Shown: positions 13,201 through 27,265, counted from the first letter of the whole stretch. The stretch is DNA of 63,884 nt, filler included, from Reclinomonas americana ATCC 50394 (GCA_048213135.1; 12 parts of 12 records of this genome joined end to end with filler, not necessarily neighbours in it); one strand, 5' to 3'. Notes: generated by a model from the sequence alone, not told the origin. Numbers and translations are program-made.

Positions 13201-16144
13201 CAAAAGGCACTGCATGAGATTGCCGCGTCGACAAAGGGCGAGCTTGTTGTGCAACGTGTGCTCCATGAGCGCGCTGATGCACCGCAACAGAAACATGCTA
13301 AAGATGCACATGGTGTCGTACTCGATCGCCGGTCGTTCACCGGCGTTGACTAGCGCCAAGTGCTCCAGAACCACATCCACCGCGTAGACCAGCGCTTCGG
13401 GAATCTCCACGCGGACAAAGGCGCGCGGCGCGCTGCGACTTGATTCCACTATGTGCGGCAGAGTGCGTGAGTTGGCGAGGGGGAGGTAAGTCGCGAGGTC
13501 AAGCAAGTGTGCGCGCACCTAATGACTCCCGTGCAGAGGGCATGGACGATTTGCTGTGAGGAGGAGAGGGTGGGTAGGTGGACTTGTAAGTAGGAGTGGT
13601 ACGGTGGCGCTTCGCACCTGAGATCTTTCGGAAGCAACACACTCAGCCGAAGCATGGAAAAGCACAGGAACAGAGGTCGGCCGTACTCGGCGAAAAACGT
13701 AAACAGCTTGCTCAGCTGTGGTCTGAGTGTGCGCACTCCAATTTGCGTGGTGAAATAACTCTGCGGGGTGCAAGGTCGCGATTCATGAGTGGTCGACAGG
13801 GAATGCGAAAGCAGACACGGACGAACGTGATTGCGCTCGTCGTCCTGCATGGCCACAGTCAGCACTGCGAATGCGGCCTCGAGCAGCTCCTCGCAGTGGC
13901 GGATGGTCTGAGGACTCAAAGTGCGACCCTGCGGAAAAGAGAGGAGTTGCATGAGTCTCAGTCGCTGTGCGCCAATGTGGAGAATAGCACAAGCACACGC
14001 AACTTGCTCCTCAATCGCCTGCGTCACCGTGTCGATGAGGACAGGGACGTGAATGAAGCCACCCCCGCTATCGCGGAATTCGGTTCGCATTAGCGAGTTC
14101 TGCATGCGAGTTGAGTGCGTGAGTGTTTGGTGCCGGCACTGCAACTGAACTCACCGATCGGAGGCACATGTACACCACGGAGAGAATGTCACGGCGGAAC
14201 ACCAGGACTCGGTCACTCAGCACCTCCTCGGACGTGCCGCACGTCTGCAGACGGAGTGAGCAGCAATATCAAGCAACCGTGTTTCGTACAAAAACACGAC
14301 GGACGCACCTGCATCTGCTGCAGCAAGTCACACACGACAAAGTATTGTGCGCGGTGGTCGTTCAAGCACATTTCAAAAATGATTTCAAAGCAGTGCGGTC
14401 GCACATCGGCATTCGGCAGCAAGCCGTACAGAGCCGTCAAGCCATCCACATCGTGAAAGTCGTTTCGAAACGCTTCTGCCGTGCGCAGCAGCAGGAGCAC
14501 GAGACCGAGAGTGTTGACCAGCACGCGCTCGAATCCAGCACGCACAGTTTGCGAGGCTGTTGAGGGAGCAGCAACAGAGAGTGAGGGAAGAGTTCGGATA
14601 GCATCTGCCTGCCAAGCAGCCCGACGTACCACCGGCACACATGAAATCAATCAGGGAGAGCAAGTGCAGCCACAGGCCGTGGCGAGCAAAGCCATTCATG
14701 AGTGGCGAGGTCATCGATGGATGCCTCAGCACCGATCGCAAGTACTGCACGATGAGTGCCAGACTGTCTTCACCGCGGTTCAGCAGCAGGTCAACCGAAA
14801 CCGCCTGCCATCTGCCTCATCCCGAATGCTGAGGTGAGAAACCGTGCCGAGGTGGACGCGAGGAAAAGGCATCCCGCACGCAACTGTTGTGACACCACGC
14901 CAGCATTGTCCTTGTGCAGCCACTCAAACACCATGAACAGCAGCGACACCAGCTTCTCCTTGGTGTCGACACTGAATCGATCAAAATGGACACACAGCTT
15001 GCGCAGCACGTCGTACTCGGTGACGCCGCGCAGCGCCTCGACGTGACCGTCCTCGCTCAAAAACGCCACAATGAGACGCACCACCGACTCACGCCACCAC
15101 ATATCGTCGACTCGTTCCACAATCAGAAGCAGTGTCTGCAGTGCGTCCTTGTTGGCGGTCGGCAGCGGCTGCGCCAGTGCCACGATCGACACGTCGAGTG
15201 CGAGACCTACATCGACGGAGTCAATCACAGGGGATGCGCCGCACGCAGGTGCATCATCGGTNNNNNNNNNNNNNNNNNNNNNNNNNNNNNNNNNNNNNNN
15301 NNNNNTTAATTAATTAANNNNNNNNNNNNNNNNNNNNNNNNNNNNNNNNNNNNNNNNNNNNAACACCACTGAACGAGACGCTTCCACGACCCAGCCTGCT
15401 CCAGCAACTCCAGTGCGCACCCATCTATCGCGCATAGACTGTACAGGAGAGCCGCAAACAGTCCAACTGCTTGCGTCTTGATCTCGCCAGGCGCCGCCGC
15501 CGCCGCCGACCCGTACTGCGCATACTTTACGGGCACGAAGAGATCCAGCGCATGCATACACAGGCCGGCCAGACCCGACAGCGATCCGGCTTGTGTGCGA
15601 CCCGATCGCTGCGCATAATGATGAATCAATATCGGGCATGTCGCTGCAGAGATAAGAACGTGCGTCTCGTCGAGAAACACCAAATGCACACAGACGAAGA
15701 GCGACCACAAACAAGAAGAGTGGAGAGAGAGGAATGACGCGGTGGAATCATCGGGGGAGCAGCGAGGAAGAATTCGACAAGCGACGTGCGAGGGATCGAT
15801 ACCATCTTTCGGTGGACGACGAGGATCTCAGTAGTGCACACAGAGCAAGAGGAGAGAGTGTGTGTGTGCGTGTGTGCGTGTGAGAAGAGAGAGAGAGTGT
15901 TGGGGAGAATGAAGACACGCAACTGCTTGATCGTACAGATCGTCAGCCTCGAGCACCACACGCTGCATGAACTCGACATCGGCGACCATCAGAGAGATCA
16001 CGCGCCATCGCGCTGCCTCTGCCGACTCGCATCGTTCCAGTGCCGTGCGAAGACGCAGAAGCAATGTATCCTGGCACAAGTGTGAGTTGGAGAGAGAGTG
16101 AGAGGAAGAGAGACCATGACAGAGACACGAGCAACTCATACCAT
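4233..16144 (-). CDS. Large BEACH-domain protein (helical N-terminal region, PH, BEACH, WD40). Many exons; inferred to span two assembly gaps
   Basis: BEACH motifs at ~5700-6850: [94 protein letters not shown]. PH-BEACH segment RRYLLRNTGLEI, preceded by RWKLD...RVRVRL. WD40 repeats (LTGHDGPVTSVVVS...IVSGSVDGTVIVWDL) at ~4250-5200. Continuity of the N-terminal part across the gaps, and the start at 16144 (ATG directly followed by a GT donor), are inferred. Confidence 0.85.
12380..12479. other. Artificial gap spacer (N44-TTAATTAATTAA-N44). Also at 15262-15361, 18028-18127, 20368-20467, 23752-23851, 26153-26252, 30327-30426, 38532-38631, 44207-44306, 61390-61489, 62724-62823
   Basis: The same 100-nt block each time, with stop codons in all six frames. 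ATG9 coding sequence lies on both sides of the 44207 spacer in correct order, so these are scaffold gaps of unknown true size. Confidence 0.97.
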
Positions 16145-16411
16145 GGCAACACACTCGCGTCTCTCTTTCCTGCTGTGTGTGCGTATGCGCGCGGGTCTTG
16201 CTCTGCGTTCGCGGCGTCAATCGATTGAGAGCAAGTTCTCATACTGAACATACACACGCGCAGACGCAGACCTTTCTCCTTCTTCTCCTTCGCAGTGCGC
16301 ACAGAGCGTGCGTGTGGGTGTGTCTCACAGGAGGGAGAGACGCGCGCACAGACACGCACAGCAAAGAGGTTCTGTTTGACGATCTGCTGCGATCAACAGA
16401 TCCACGGCTGG

Positions 16412-17372
16412 ATGCTTCTCGTGAGTGCGCTCCCTCCCTCTTGCGCCTCTCTCTGCGCTCACTCACTCTTATGCACAGGTTCGCCTGTTGCAAGCACCGC
16501 GCGTGCTGCTCGCTGGCGGCTCATGGTCGACTCTGACGCGACCGCTGTCCACACAAGCCGACAACGCTGAAGGGTACTCTTCTCTCACTGCATGCCCTCT
16601 TACACACACACGCGCACTCACCCCTGCACACATGCACGTCAGGCAACGCGCGGCTCGTCGCGAGTACGCTCGCCAGTACTATCAACGCAATCGTGAACGC
16701 ATCCTCGCCGCTCGCCGACGCACTCCTTCCTCTCCCGCTGCTGCTGCTGCTGCTGCTGCGTCGTCTGCGGCCTCGTGGACTGCACCTGTGGCCACTCCAC
16801 TGGCCGACAACCTCGAGTTGCCCGTGTCCATCAGTGCCGCAGCTGCGTCGTCGTTCACGGCCAAGGCGGTGGCTGCCATGCTGGAGGCCGAGGCCGCGGA
16901 GAAGGTGCTGGTGTGCGACTTGCGGCAGCGTGAGGCGCCGCTGTGCGATTACATGGTGATTGCTACGGGGCGCTCCATGGCTCACCTGCGTCACTTGTGC
17001 GACTATGTGGTGCAACAGGTCGGTGTTCCTTTCATGCTCCACGTCTCTCTCTCTCTCGCTCGCTCTGACTCGGCGTAGGGCAAGACCGCGGGAGTGGGCG
17101 CGGCGCCTGTGGAGGGGCGCAACAGTTCGTGGCTGGTGGCCGACTTTGACGACTTTATTGTGCATCTGATGACGGCGGAGGAGCGGGAGCGTGTGGCGTT
17201 GGAGAGTTTGTGGCTCAACCCTGTGGCGCCCCGCAAGACGGCCCGGAAGGCGACGAGCGGTGGCGACGATGATGCCACTGGTGTGCGGAGACGAAAGAGG
17301 GAGCAGTCGGCAGAGTCGGCCTCCTCAACACGCCGACGAAGAGCAGCACCTCGCGCTGCTGGCGATCGATAG
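16412..17372 (+). CDS. RsfS/Iojap (MALSU1-like) ribosomal silencing factor, probably mitochondrial
   Basis: KVLVCDLR...LCDYMVIATGRSMAHL...VEGRNSSWLVADFDDFIVHLMTAEERERVALESLW is the RsfS signature. The N-terminus MLL|VRLLQAPRVLL looks like a presequence. Confidence 0.88.
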
Positions 17373-17419
17373 ACCTAGAGAATTATGAACTTGCTTTCGC
17401 ACAAGAATTTATGATACGA

Positions 17420-17864
17420 TCATGAGGGGTTGTCGTTGGCCACCTCGCCCCGCATCACTCGCACCAGGTTGATGACGGACTGCACCGTGCACGTGACACA
17501 GAGAATGCTGCCTACGATGATGATGAGCCAGTCCACGGTCCAGGCCCACCACGACAGTCCGAATTGGTATTTGCCGTCGTTGACGGTGCGCTTGGTGTTG
17601 TTGGGTGAACGCATGATCTTCCAGTGGAAAAGTGCAGGGAACACAATGGCCAGCAGGACGCTGCCGAGACTGCCGACAACCCTGCATGTGTACCGTCACT
17701 TGCGCGTGTGAGCACGCGATTGCAGGAAGTCAACGCCTTGCAACGCAACGAGATGAATTCGCCAAAGTGTGGTATTCCGGTGGCAATAATGCCCGAGATG
17801 ACCACGAGGAACAGCCGCCACAGCCATTGTTTCCACGAGATGCTGATTGTACGAGTGAGGCGAC
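17420..17864 (-). CDS. Amino-acid transporter (Aa_trans/AAAP family), 3' part; the rest lies in the gap
   Basis: RLFLVVISGIIATGIPHFGEFIS|VVGSLGSVLLAIVFPALFHWKI plus a terminal TM helix, typical of the last AAAP helices. Confidence 0.8.
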
Positions 17865-17888
17865 CTTGGGGGTGGAATCGAGATGGCG

Positions 17889-18027
<139 letters not shown>

Positions 18028-18127
18028 NNNNNNNNNNNNNNNNNNNNNNNNNNNNNNNNNNNNNNNNNNNNTTAATTAATTAANNNNNNNNNNNNNNNNN
18101 NNNNNNNNNNNNNNNNNNNNNNNNNNN

Positions 18128-21100
18128 GGGTCCAGAGTGAGCTCCGTGGGCGAAGAGCCGACAGCCGATGCACCAGTCGGCGAGCCAACGCTGCCCGAGC
18201 TCGGACCTGTTCGACACAACCCCAACATAGGTTGGTGAGTGTTCAAATAGCGATCGATCATCTGCTGTTCACCAACGACAAACCTGGACCGTCGGTGGCG
18301 GACCGCTCGACCTCCAAAAAGTCGCGAGGGACGAACGCTCCGTGGCCGGAGCGGCACTGACCGTTGAGATCGTTGCCGGTGCTGAAGCTCGAGTCAAACT
18401 CCACGCCAACAGAGTCGTCGCCAATGAAGCACACCACCACTGCAGAAGTGGTGTGAGTGGTCACACCGCGCATGCAGACTTCTCCAACACAGCAGGCATG
18501 TACACATACCTCCACGAGCTCCGCTCGAGATACCCAAACCGTCCTGGTTGAGTACAACACGAGAGCCAATCATAACTTCGGCGGCGGCCGGACGCGCGGC
18601 CTCTGTGGCATCCGAGCCCAATACCTGCAGCTCATGCCGCAGCAGCGTGACGCCGCGGAACATGGGCGTCAGGCCGTTGAGACTGGTGAGAAGTTGCGAT
18701 GACTGTAGGAGGGGATGTGTGTCAGCAAATGGAGTGACCGCCTCGCATCATCTTCTTGCGTACGCACCACATCCATCTCGACACCAATGTGATCGCCATC
18801 AACAGCGCGCACAGCTGCACCAGCCTGTGTCAGATACAACAACGGATGAAGTGGTCAACATTGCTGACATGCTAAAAACTCAACTGCCACGCTCGCCACG
18901 CAAAAACTCGACACTCGAGCCCGACACCACCACGCGTACTCCCGCGTACAACGAATCGCGTCTGCATGTGTGCACACAGTGAGAATCCCATAAAGAGACC
19001 ACAAATTTCGTACGACAACTACCGCACCGAGAGTCGACCGCATCCACCAGGCGGAGCGACGAATACGCGTAGCTGCCCTTGATGCGCTCAAAGTCGACTT
19101 GGACCAGACACTCGCCCTCGCCCATGTACAGACGATTCTCCGTGTAGCCGGTCACCACACCGACGCCCAGGTGCGGTGCCGTGATGCACTCCACACGCGC
19201 ACCGATACGGAAGTGCAAGTGCGAGGTTGGGCGGTCGTTGCCACCGTATCCCACCGCATCACTGCCGTACATGCCGGCAAAGCCACGCGACATGTAGTAC
19301 TCCATGCGACGCTCCTCTTGGGAGAGTTCGGGACCAGCCTCAGCGGCCACGTTGATGAGGAAGTACGTCACACCGTGATCGCCGCGAATGCGCACGCGGC
19401 GGAACGGTTGAATCACACTCTCCAAGTCTGCGACGGCAATGATGATTGTGTGCGTGTGAGCATCCACACAAAGAAAAAGAAATCGGCGACGACGTCACAA
19501 TGGGAAATAAAACAAAACTTCGTGGACGCGCAGTCGGAGCACGGCGCGCAAACTGCAAGTCGGCCAAGTTGGCCACCGGCAACTCAATCGCTCCCTCGTT
19601 GTCCGTGTACGGCGGCGGCAGTGACGTGACAAACTTGAGCGTGCTCATCGGTACGCACAAGTGGCTGGCCTCGGCGTCGACATTACCGCAGGCCACAGAG
19701 ATCTTGCTCTCGCTCTGCTCCTCAATGAGGCGCACGGAGCACACGGTGTCTGCAGGTCGCGCAGAGTGAGTGAACATGGCACACGAAGGAGGAGCCTCTG
19801 TGTAAAACGCAACAGTCGCCAAGCATGGCGGAGAACCCGCTGGCAGTGGTGGTCACGGGCGACGGCGGAATGGTGGAACCAAGCCCAGTCTCGGCCACAT
19901 CCATGCAGGACTCGGCGCAGTTGGAAGCCATCAATGCCGTCTGCTGTGCCAGCAGCTGGCTACCGCTGCCGCTGCCACCGAGGGTGATGGTCGCGCCAGG
20001 GAATGGGCCAGCTGACGCTGTCGGGCCCACCGTAGACAGCACAAGACCGTACCCAGAGGACGAAGACGACGACGCGATTGACGACGGCACGTCGCATGCA
20101 TCGTCGTAGGCATCGCCACTGCCGTGGCCGTAGCTGCCAATGTCACTCGTACCAATGCCGCTGGAGGCATGCTGCGATCCACCCATGCGGCTGGCGCGCT
20201 CTGCGCCATGGCCGAAGGCGGCAGCAGAGTACGGACCTGAGCTGGCCTGTCCACTGCTGTTGTTGAGCGAGGACCGCCGAGCGATGAAAGCCTCCAACTC
20301 GGCAAAGGATTCCTCGAAAATGGGCGGCAGCGACTCGGACGGACCGAGTACCACCGACGTTGGCGCGNNNNNNNNNNNNNNNNNNNNNNNNNNNNNNNNN
20401 NNNNNNNNNNNTTAATTAATTAANNNNNNNNNNNNNNNNNNNNNNNNNNNNNNNNNNNNNNNNNNNNCTTCCTCTCCGCTGCTGCCCTCGGCGGCGGCCG
20501 TCATGGCGGCGACGGCAGCGGCAACAGTCGAAGCATTGGCTGCGGCGGCGGCGTCGGCGGCTGCGGCCTGCGACGACACGTCCAGCAGTCGGCAAATCAT
20601 CTGCAGACCACAGGCGTAGTAGTAGATGGACTGTTGGTTCTTGAGGGCGGTGTTGTAGAGGAACTCGGTGTCGGCGTGCGGCATCTTCAAAAAGCGCATA
20701 AACTCGCCGACAAAGTGCGCACGACCAGCGTGAGCGCGACCATCGAGCGCGTCGTAGTGGTTGGGAGGCGACGACTGCGGCGTATCGAACGGATTCGAGC
20801 CGCGATTGCCAGGCGTGGCGACCACATCCAACGACAGGGCGTGCACGGCAAATGTGCTGCGACGCGGGCAGCAATAGTGAGCAAAGGGTACAACTCGGCA
20901 CGCTGCGTTATTTCGACAATGCGACAGTGACTCAACTGCGCCGAGTTGATCGAGTTGGAGCGCAACGAGCTGATCGGCGTCTCCTCGTGATCCAAAAAGT
21001 CAAACGACGACGACGCCCGTCGGTTGTCGCCATGATTGTGTGTCTTTGGCACCGACTGTTCTCGCGGTGAGTGAGTGAGTGTGTGGACTGCATGCATGCA

Positions 21101-24100
21101 AACCAGCACGACAGTACGCACGTTCTTGAAGGCAAACACCAAGTCGCAGCGATGCAAAAAGTCGACTGCGTACTCGCGCCACAGGTCGCTGATAAAGACC
21201 TCGCGGCCCGACTCGGTCTTTTGGAACTCGGTGGCCTCCTCACTGTTCTTGAATTCCTCGTAGGCGCGGTAAATGTTCTGCACAACGCGTCGCCGTCAGC
21301 CTCCATTGGAGTCTTATCCCGTCCCATGTCGACAGAGAAGAGAGAGCACGCAACGTTTTTCTGGAAGTGCAGCTGGCGGTACACGTTGCGGTGAACATCC
21401 ATCCAAATGTCGTGCAGCTCGCGCGACACAATCACTTGGTTGTCGGTGAGACCCTGCTCCAGCTGCTCAACGACCGCATACACCTCCTCGTCGATGCCGA
21501 ATGCTTTCAGCACAACTGCCTCGGCGGCCAACATGCAGGCCTCGAAACCCTCGAGCAACGAATTCTGATTGTACAGGTTCTGTGTGCGGCACATGAAACA
21601 AGTCAGCAAGGCAAGACAAACACAAAGTTTTTTTTTTGGTCTACAACGAGGCGGACGCAACGGCAGGCAAGTGACGGCGAATCATGAATTCGGCAAACTT
21701 GTCCACTTGCTCGGCACGCCCGAGAGCCATCAATGTGCTGCGATCGTTGTGGTCCAACACTCCAAAGGCGCGACTGAGCATGCGATGGGCAGTCTGCAAT
21801 CACAACCACTGTGTGTGAGCACACTGAACTATCTTCGGCATACCACTACCGCAGTGTTGCCACGCAACCATCTTCTCCAGCTGGCGTTGAAGCAGGCCGC
21901 GAATGATCATCTCTCCAGTGACATAGTCGATCGGCTCGCGAGCAGAGAACACGTCGCGCATCGACATGGCAAAGTACGACGGTGAGCCGAGCGGAACCGC
22001 AGACGACGTGTTCCACGCCACACCGACGCTGCTGGACAAAATGTTGCCACCAAACGGCGGTCCGTTCGACGGGGTCGTGATGGTCAACTGCGACGGCAAC
22101 TGCGCGGCGAGAAGCGTACTCGGCTTCTCCGTGTTGGTGTCTTCCAGGCCACCGGATCCCAACATTCCGCTGAAAAAATCGACAGCCTGCTTGCGTCGCT
22201 CCTCGTGCAGCTCGTCCACTGCTGCCGGCGAGTCAGCAGCAGAAAAAAGAGAAGAAGGACAATGTGTGCATCCGCAACGTTCATCATCTTCGCCGGCCAT
22301 TGACGACGACGCGGGTGGTGGCGACAACAAGGCCGACGCAGGGTTGGAGGTGCCGAGCAACAGCACAGATGGCGCCGACAGCACGCAGCATTCAACCGCG
22401 GTAATAGTGTCGACTGGATTCTCCGTCGCCACAATGCCTTGGCGGGAACGACGCGGAGTCCAACGACGGCGCGGCAGATTGCTGGTAATGTCGCCACCGG
22501 CGCACTGCAGCTTGAAGATGCGCTCGTAAAAGGTCACCAACGGCTGCCCGACGACACTCCAATAGCGCAGTGTTTCTGGTGTCACGTCGCTCGAGTTGGC
22601 GGCATACTGTGCAAGATTGCCGGCCAAGTCGGCCAGTGACGGCACCGTGGCCAGCGAGTACAGCGCGAAACCATCGACCACCGGCGACACAATGCCAAAC
22701 AGGCAAATGGCGTGCTGTTTGGCGGGCAGCAAGTTTAGTGCACTGGTACTAGTTTTTTCGTAACACTGAGCAAAACGAGAGTCGCAACCTCTGTGCTCGA
22801 GCATTGTGCGAGTTCGCGGTCCACCGACAGCAGGTACTGCACGAGGATGGCCGCGTACTCGGAAAGGTTGCCAACAAAGAAGGCGGCAGCGGCCAGCTCC
22901 ACCAACTCCTCCAACAATATCTGTTGGAACTCAGTCAGCGATTCCGGATCCTCGGCTTGCAACCGCGCCAGGTGCAGCATGAACGAAAAGGCGGTCGGAT
23001 CCTTGGCTGAGCAGGCCACAATGTCCTGCCAGAATGAACACGGTGGTGAGATCATTCACGCACATCCTAATCGACGCGTGATGAAAGAAAGAGGTGACGC
23101 ACGGTGAACATGATCTTGCGCAGTGTTTGCGGGCTGTTGAGCGCCAAGCGCACGGCCTTGAGCACGTCGGCCTTTTCTTGCATTGTTGCAGACTCGGCGC
23201 AAGCGACAGTCAACATTTCCACAAATTTGGCCGGCGTGTACGTCAGCGGGAACAGCGCCAGGCGAGTTTGCTGCATGGACTCGTACAGTGCCTGCATTGC
23301 AACAGTGAGCATCGCCACAATTGCAGCGTGACAAAAGACAGCAGGCAGAGGGACCTTCCACTTGGCACGGCCAGCCAGCAGTGTGTCGAGTGCCTCGAGT
23401 GCCAGCATCAAGTCACCCGACGCATCCTGCATGCCCGAGTCGACATAATCCTCGACAGCTGCAGTCGACGATGCGTTTGTGTTTGCGCTGTCGTCGCTGA
23501 GGAGTCGGCGCACAATCTCCAAGCATTCGCTGCAAATGACCTCAAAGTACACGTCTGTGCGGAGCCAAAAAGGTCAGTCCAGTGTCACCTTCAAGACAGA
23601 AAGACAAGACAAACAAGAGTATGTGCACAAACCCTCCAGTCCATGTCGCCGACGATAGTCAATCGTGTGCAACAGCAGGGAGGCCACGAACGAGGCCACG
23701 CCAGGAGCGTTGATGAGATTCTACAACACGCATGGGGAGGTTCAGCTTCGTNNNNNNNNNNNNNNNNNNNNNNNNNNNNNNNNNNNNNNNNNNNNTTAAT
23801 TAATTAANNNNNNNNNNNNNNNNNNNNNNNNNNNNNNNNNNNNNNNNNNNNAACACACATACATGGACATTCACAGTCGCCAAACCTCTACAGTGCGTGC
23901 ACGCTCCATGGAGAGGCTGTCCCGGTTGATGGTGACAATGTGGCACCGCTGCGTGGTGCAGTGAATCTCCAGCGTCAACTTGCCCAGCTCGTCGAACACG
24001 ATGCGTGTGCGCAGCACTGGACCCACGTCGAAGGCAAACTCCTGCACCGCACAACAGCACGTGTGAGTGCTTCTCCGTGGCATTCAGCTCTGACACAAGA

Positions 24101-26152
24101 ACGCAACCGTCGAGGCACTTGGCCGCAGCACAACTCCATCGACGTTTTGCACCGACAGGGTCGGTGTCGGCAACACAAAGGTGCTAATGCGTACACGTCC
24201 GTGCGACGGTGACACCTCAGCGACCACGATGCCGCCAGTGGGCATCGGAGCCCACGACTCCAGTGCATTGTCGTACACGGCAGCACTCTCGGCATTGCTC
24301 GACGAGTGGCGCCGGTGGGAGTGGTGATGAGAGTGGTGGTGGTGATGGTGGTGCGAATGCTGGTGATACCCAGACATGTCGAGTGCAAAGGTGGATTCGG
24401 CTGCGGCTGCGTGCGGCAGGAACGGATTGTGAGGCATCACGTGGCAGGCGACACGCCGACCGGACGATGATGAGGTGGACGAAGACGATGATGGAGTGCC
24501 ACTGGTTCCTGTGCTGCTGGAGCTGCGGCGGCTCGGCGGCAACTCCACCACGGCACAGAGACGATTGTCGACCTCCATGAGAGCGAGTGCGCGGCGAGCT
24601 GCAACATGTGCGCGAGTGAGTGTCTTCCACATGCCGATTTCGTGCGATTCACCAAGAAGCAGCGCTACGCACCGGCAAACGGCAACGTAATCGTCTGCAC
24701 GCCCTGCCACGACGACTCCTCGCTGACGCGCAGGAGCATGGCACCATCGGCTCCACTGGCCAGGAAATCAACGTGCGCCGGTGAGTCGCCAGCGTGAGCC
24801 ACCAGGCTCTCGGCGAACTCGTCAGGCAACACATGGACGGCTGACATTACGCGCACAAGTGAGTTACGTGCACGAGTAAACGCACGGCGGCATTTCGGTG
24901 GGACGCACCAATGGGCACATGCTCCGTCCAGTCCATGTCTTGCAGCGAGTTTGTGGTAAAGTGGTTCACCACCGGGCGAGTGCTGGCGAGCGCGCTGGCG
25001 GTGCCAAGTCGCGGATCCTCGTCTACCACGCTGGCCAAGGCGTCGTATCGCTTCAGTACCACCGACTGGCGGCGGTGCTGCAGTGGCTTGCCGCTCTTGG
25101 CCAGACGCATGAGCGACAGAATGGTCTTCATCAGCACCTGCACAGTTGGGGGAAATAAACACACGCGCGTGAGCACCACAAGAGAGACGCGGCCAGTTGC
25201 AGATGCTCGCTGGCATTACCTCCGGTGCCTGGCCATCTTCGCACAGCTTGAGCGCCAGCCAGATCAACTCCTCGTTCTCGGAGGTGAGCGAGTCGTACAC
25301 GGCGTTGCACATGTCGGCCAGAGGCTCCATGTAGGCCACGTTCGGCAGCATCTCAAACAAGGAGTGCACGAGTGGCAGCACGCGTTGCTGGACGACGGGT
25401 GACGGTGGAGGGCTGGCACCGCGCGGCGATGAGCGCTGCGGACGCGCCATGGCTTGCTCTCGGAGGACGGGCTTGACAAAGTTCTCAATGAATCCGCTGA
25501 GGATTCGCGACTGGAGACCCTGCTGCGGTTCGTCGCTACCGCTGGCTCCGGCGGCCGGCGAGGCGGCGGCGGCCAACGAGGAGGGTGAAGCGGCGGCCGC
25601 AGCCATATCCACTCCCTCTTCCATGCCGACGGCACCACCGGCCGCAGCCGACAACGACATGGAACTGGCGGCACCGGCTGCTGGACGAACCGCGGTCGGC
25701 GAAGTCACGCTGCCAAACGCTCCAGTGTTGGCATTTCCAGTGGCGGCGCGTGTCTGTGAACATGGAAAGAGAGACGAGAGGAAGAGAGAGTGAGTCAAGC
25801 ATGGAAGCAAAGGCTGGCTTCACTCTGGCGAAAGAAAAACGCAACAGGAAACAATGCCTCCGCCACTTGCACGTAGTGCCGGCGGGCCAGCACATGAGCG
25901 GCGTGGTAGCGGTTCGGGTTTTGCGATGAACCACTGCTGGAGCCGGTTGGTGATGAGTCGCCTCCTGCGCTGCCGGCCTTGTTGGTGGGAGTCGTCGAGG
26001 AGACTGGTGACAAGTGATGAAAGTGCGAGGAGTTGCTGGCGCCGGAGGCGGACGGAGATCCACCGGCACCTGGCTCGTGATGTGAGAGAGCCGCGTAGGC
26101 GGCCGCCGTGACCGTCGATGTCGCTGTGGAGGCAGGCAGCGGCGGCGGCGGT
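18128..26152 (-). CDS. Large multi-exon protein(s) of unknown function, with C-terminal SH3/KOW-like beta-barrel modules. May be more than one gene, because it spans gaps
   Basis: Consistent minus-strand exons with GT-AG introns. The 3' region contains HFRIGARVECITAPHLGVGVVTGY, LYAGVRVVV and IGSRVVLN...GDDSVGVEFDSSFSTGNDLNGQCRSGHGAFVPRDFLEV. I recognised no family. Confidence 0.5.
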
Positions 26153-27265
26153 NNNNNNNNNNNNNNNNNNNNNNNNNNNNNNNNNNNNNNNNNNNNTTAA
26201 TTAATTAANNNNNNNNNNNNNNNNNNNNNNNNNNNNNNNNNNNNNNNNNNNNCGACGTGGAGGAGAGCAACGAGCTCGCACACAATCGAACAACACGCGC
26301 ACAATCACAGACGGGGAACAGAGAGATAAAAAGAGAGAGAGAGAGAGAACAACTGTACCTGTGCCAGTGGGGACGACGGCATGCGCCGCGGTCGTGAGGG
26401 ATCGTCCATGCTGGCGATCACTGGCTATGCAGCGTTCTTTTTTGTCACGCTCGCACACGTACGTGGACTGCTTCACAGAGAGTGCACGCTGCTGTGGTCA
26501 ACGGTCGAGCACGAGATCGCACAGCAGCGATGGGCGAAGGGAAGGGGAGGGGAGAGGAGGAGGGGACGCGCGCGGTTGATTGAACACGAGAAGCGATGAC
26601 CGTTACACGTTCCGCATTTTCGCACATTTTCATTTCATGTGACGAGAGAAAGCAGACGGGAAGCACAACGGGAGAAGCACAGTGTGTGTGCGAGAGAGAG
26701 AGAGAGAGAAACATCACGGCTGGTACGGGAAGAATGGCTCTGTCGCGTGACGGCCGAGGGAGTAGAGAAGGATGGGAGAAAAAACACAGACTAACACACG
26801 CACGGACACAAGGGTAGCCGGCGACACACGCAGAGTTTGGAGGGTCAGAATAGACATAAGGAGGAACCGCGAAAGACGCAAAGGATAGAAGCAGTAACTA
26901 TTGACGACAAGGTGGGAGAAGGAAATAAGGGGAGCAGAAGCACGTTTGCAGGCTAGTGTAGATCTCCTCAGTGGTGGAAGTACCAGTGGAAGCTCACGCA
27001 CGCAGGATCAGGGTGTTACGTTTCTGGCCACCTTTCATGGCCCCCCTCTGCACCCAATCTCGACCGCGCGCTTAACACACCGTTGTAGCCGACATTCGTA
27101 CACCGCTCGCCAAATTCTCCGCGCCCCATTCCCTGGGGCCTCACGCTCGCTTGCTGGATCGATGGCGGACCATCTTCATCCTCCTTGTCCTGACTTGACT
27201 ACAGTGCGCTCCGGGTAGAGTGTGTGCGCGTGTGTCTGTGTGGCGGCGGCCGTTGATGCGGCCCC

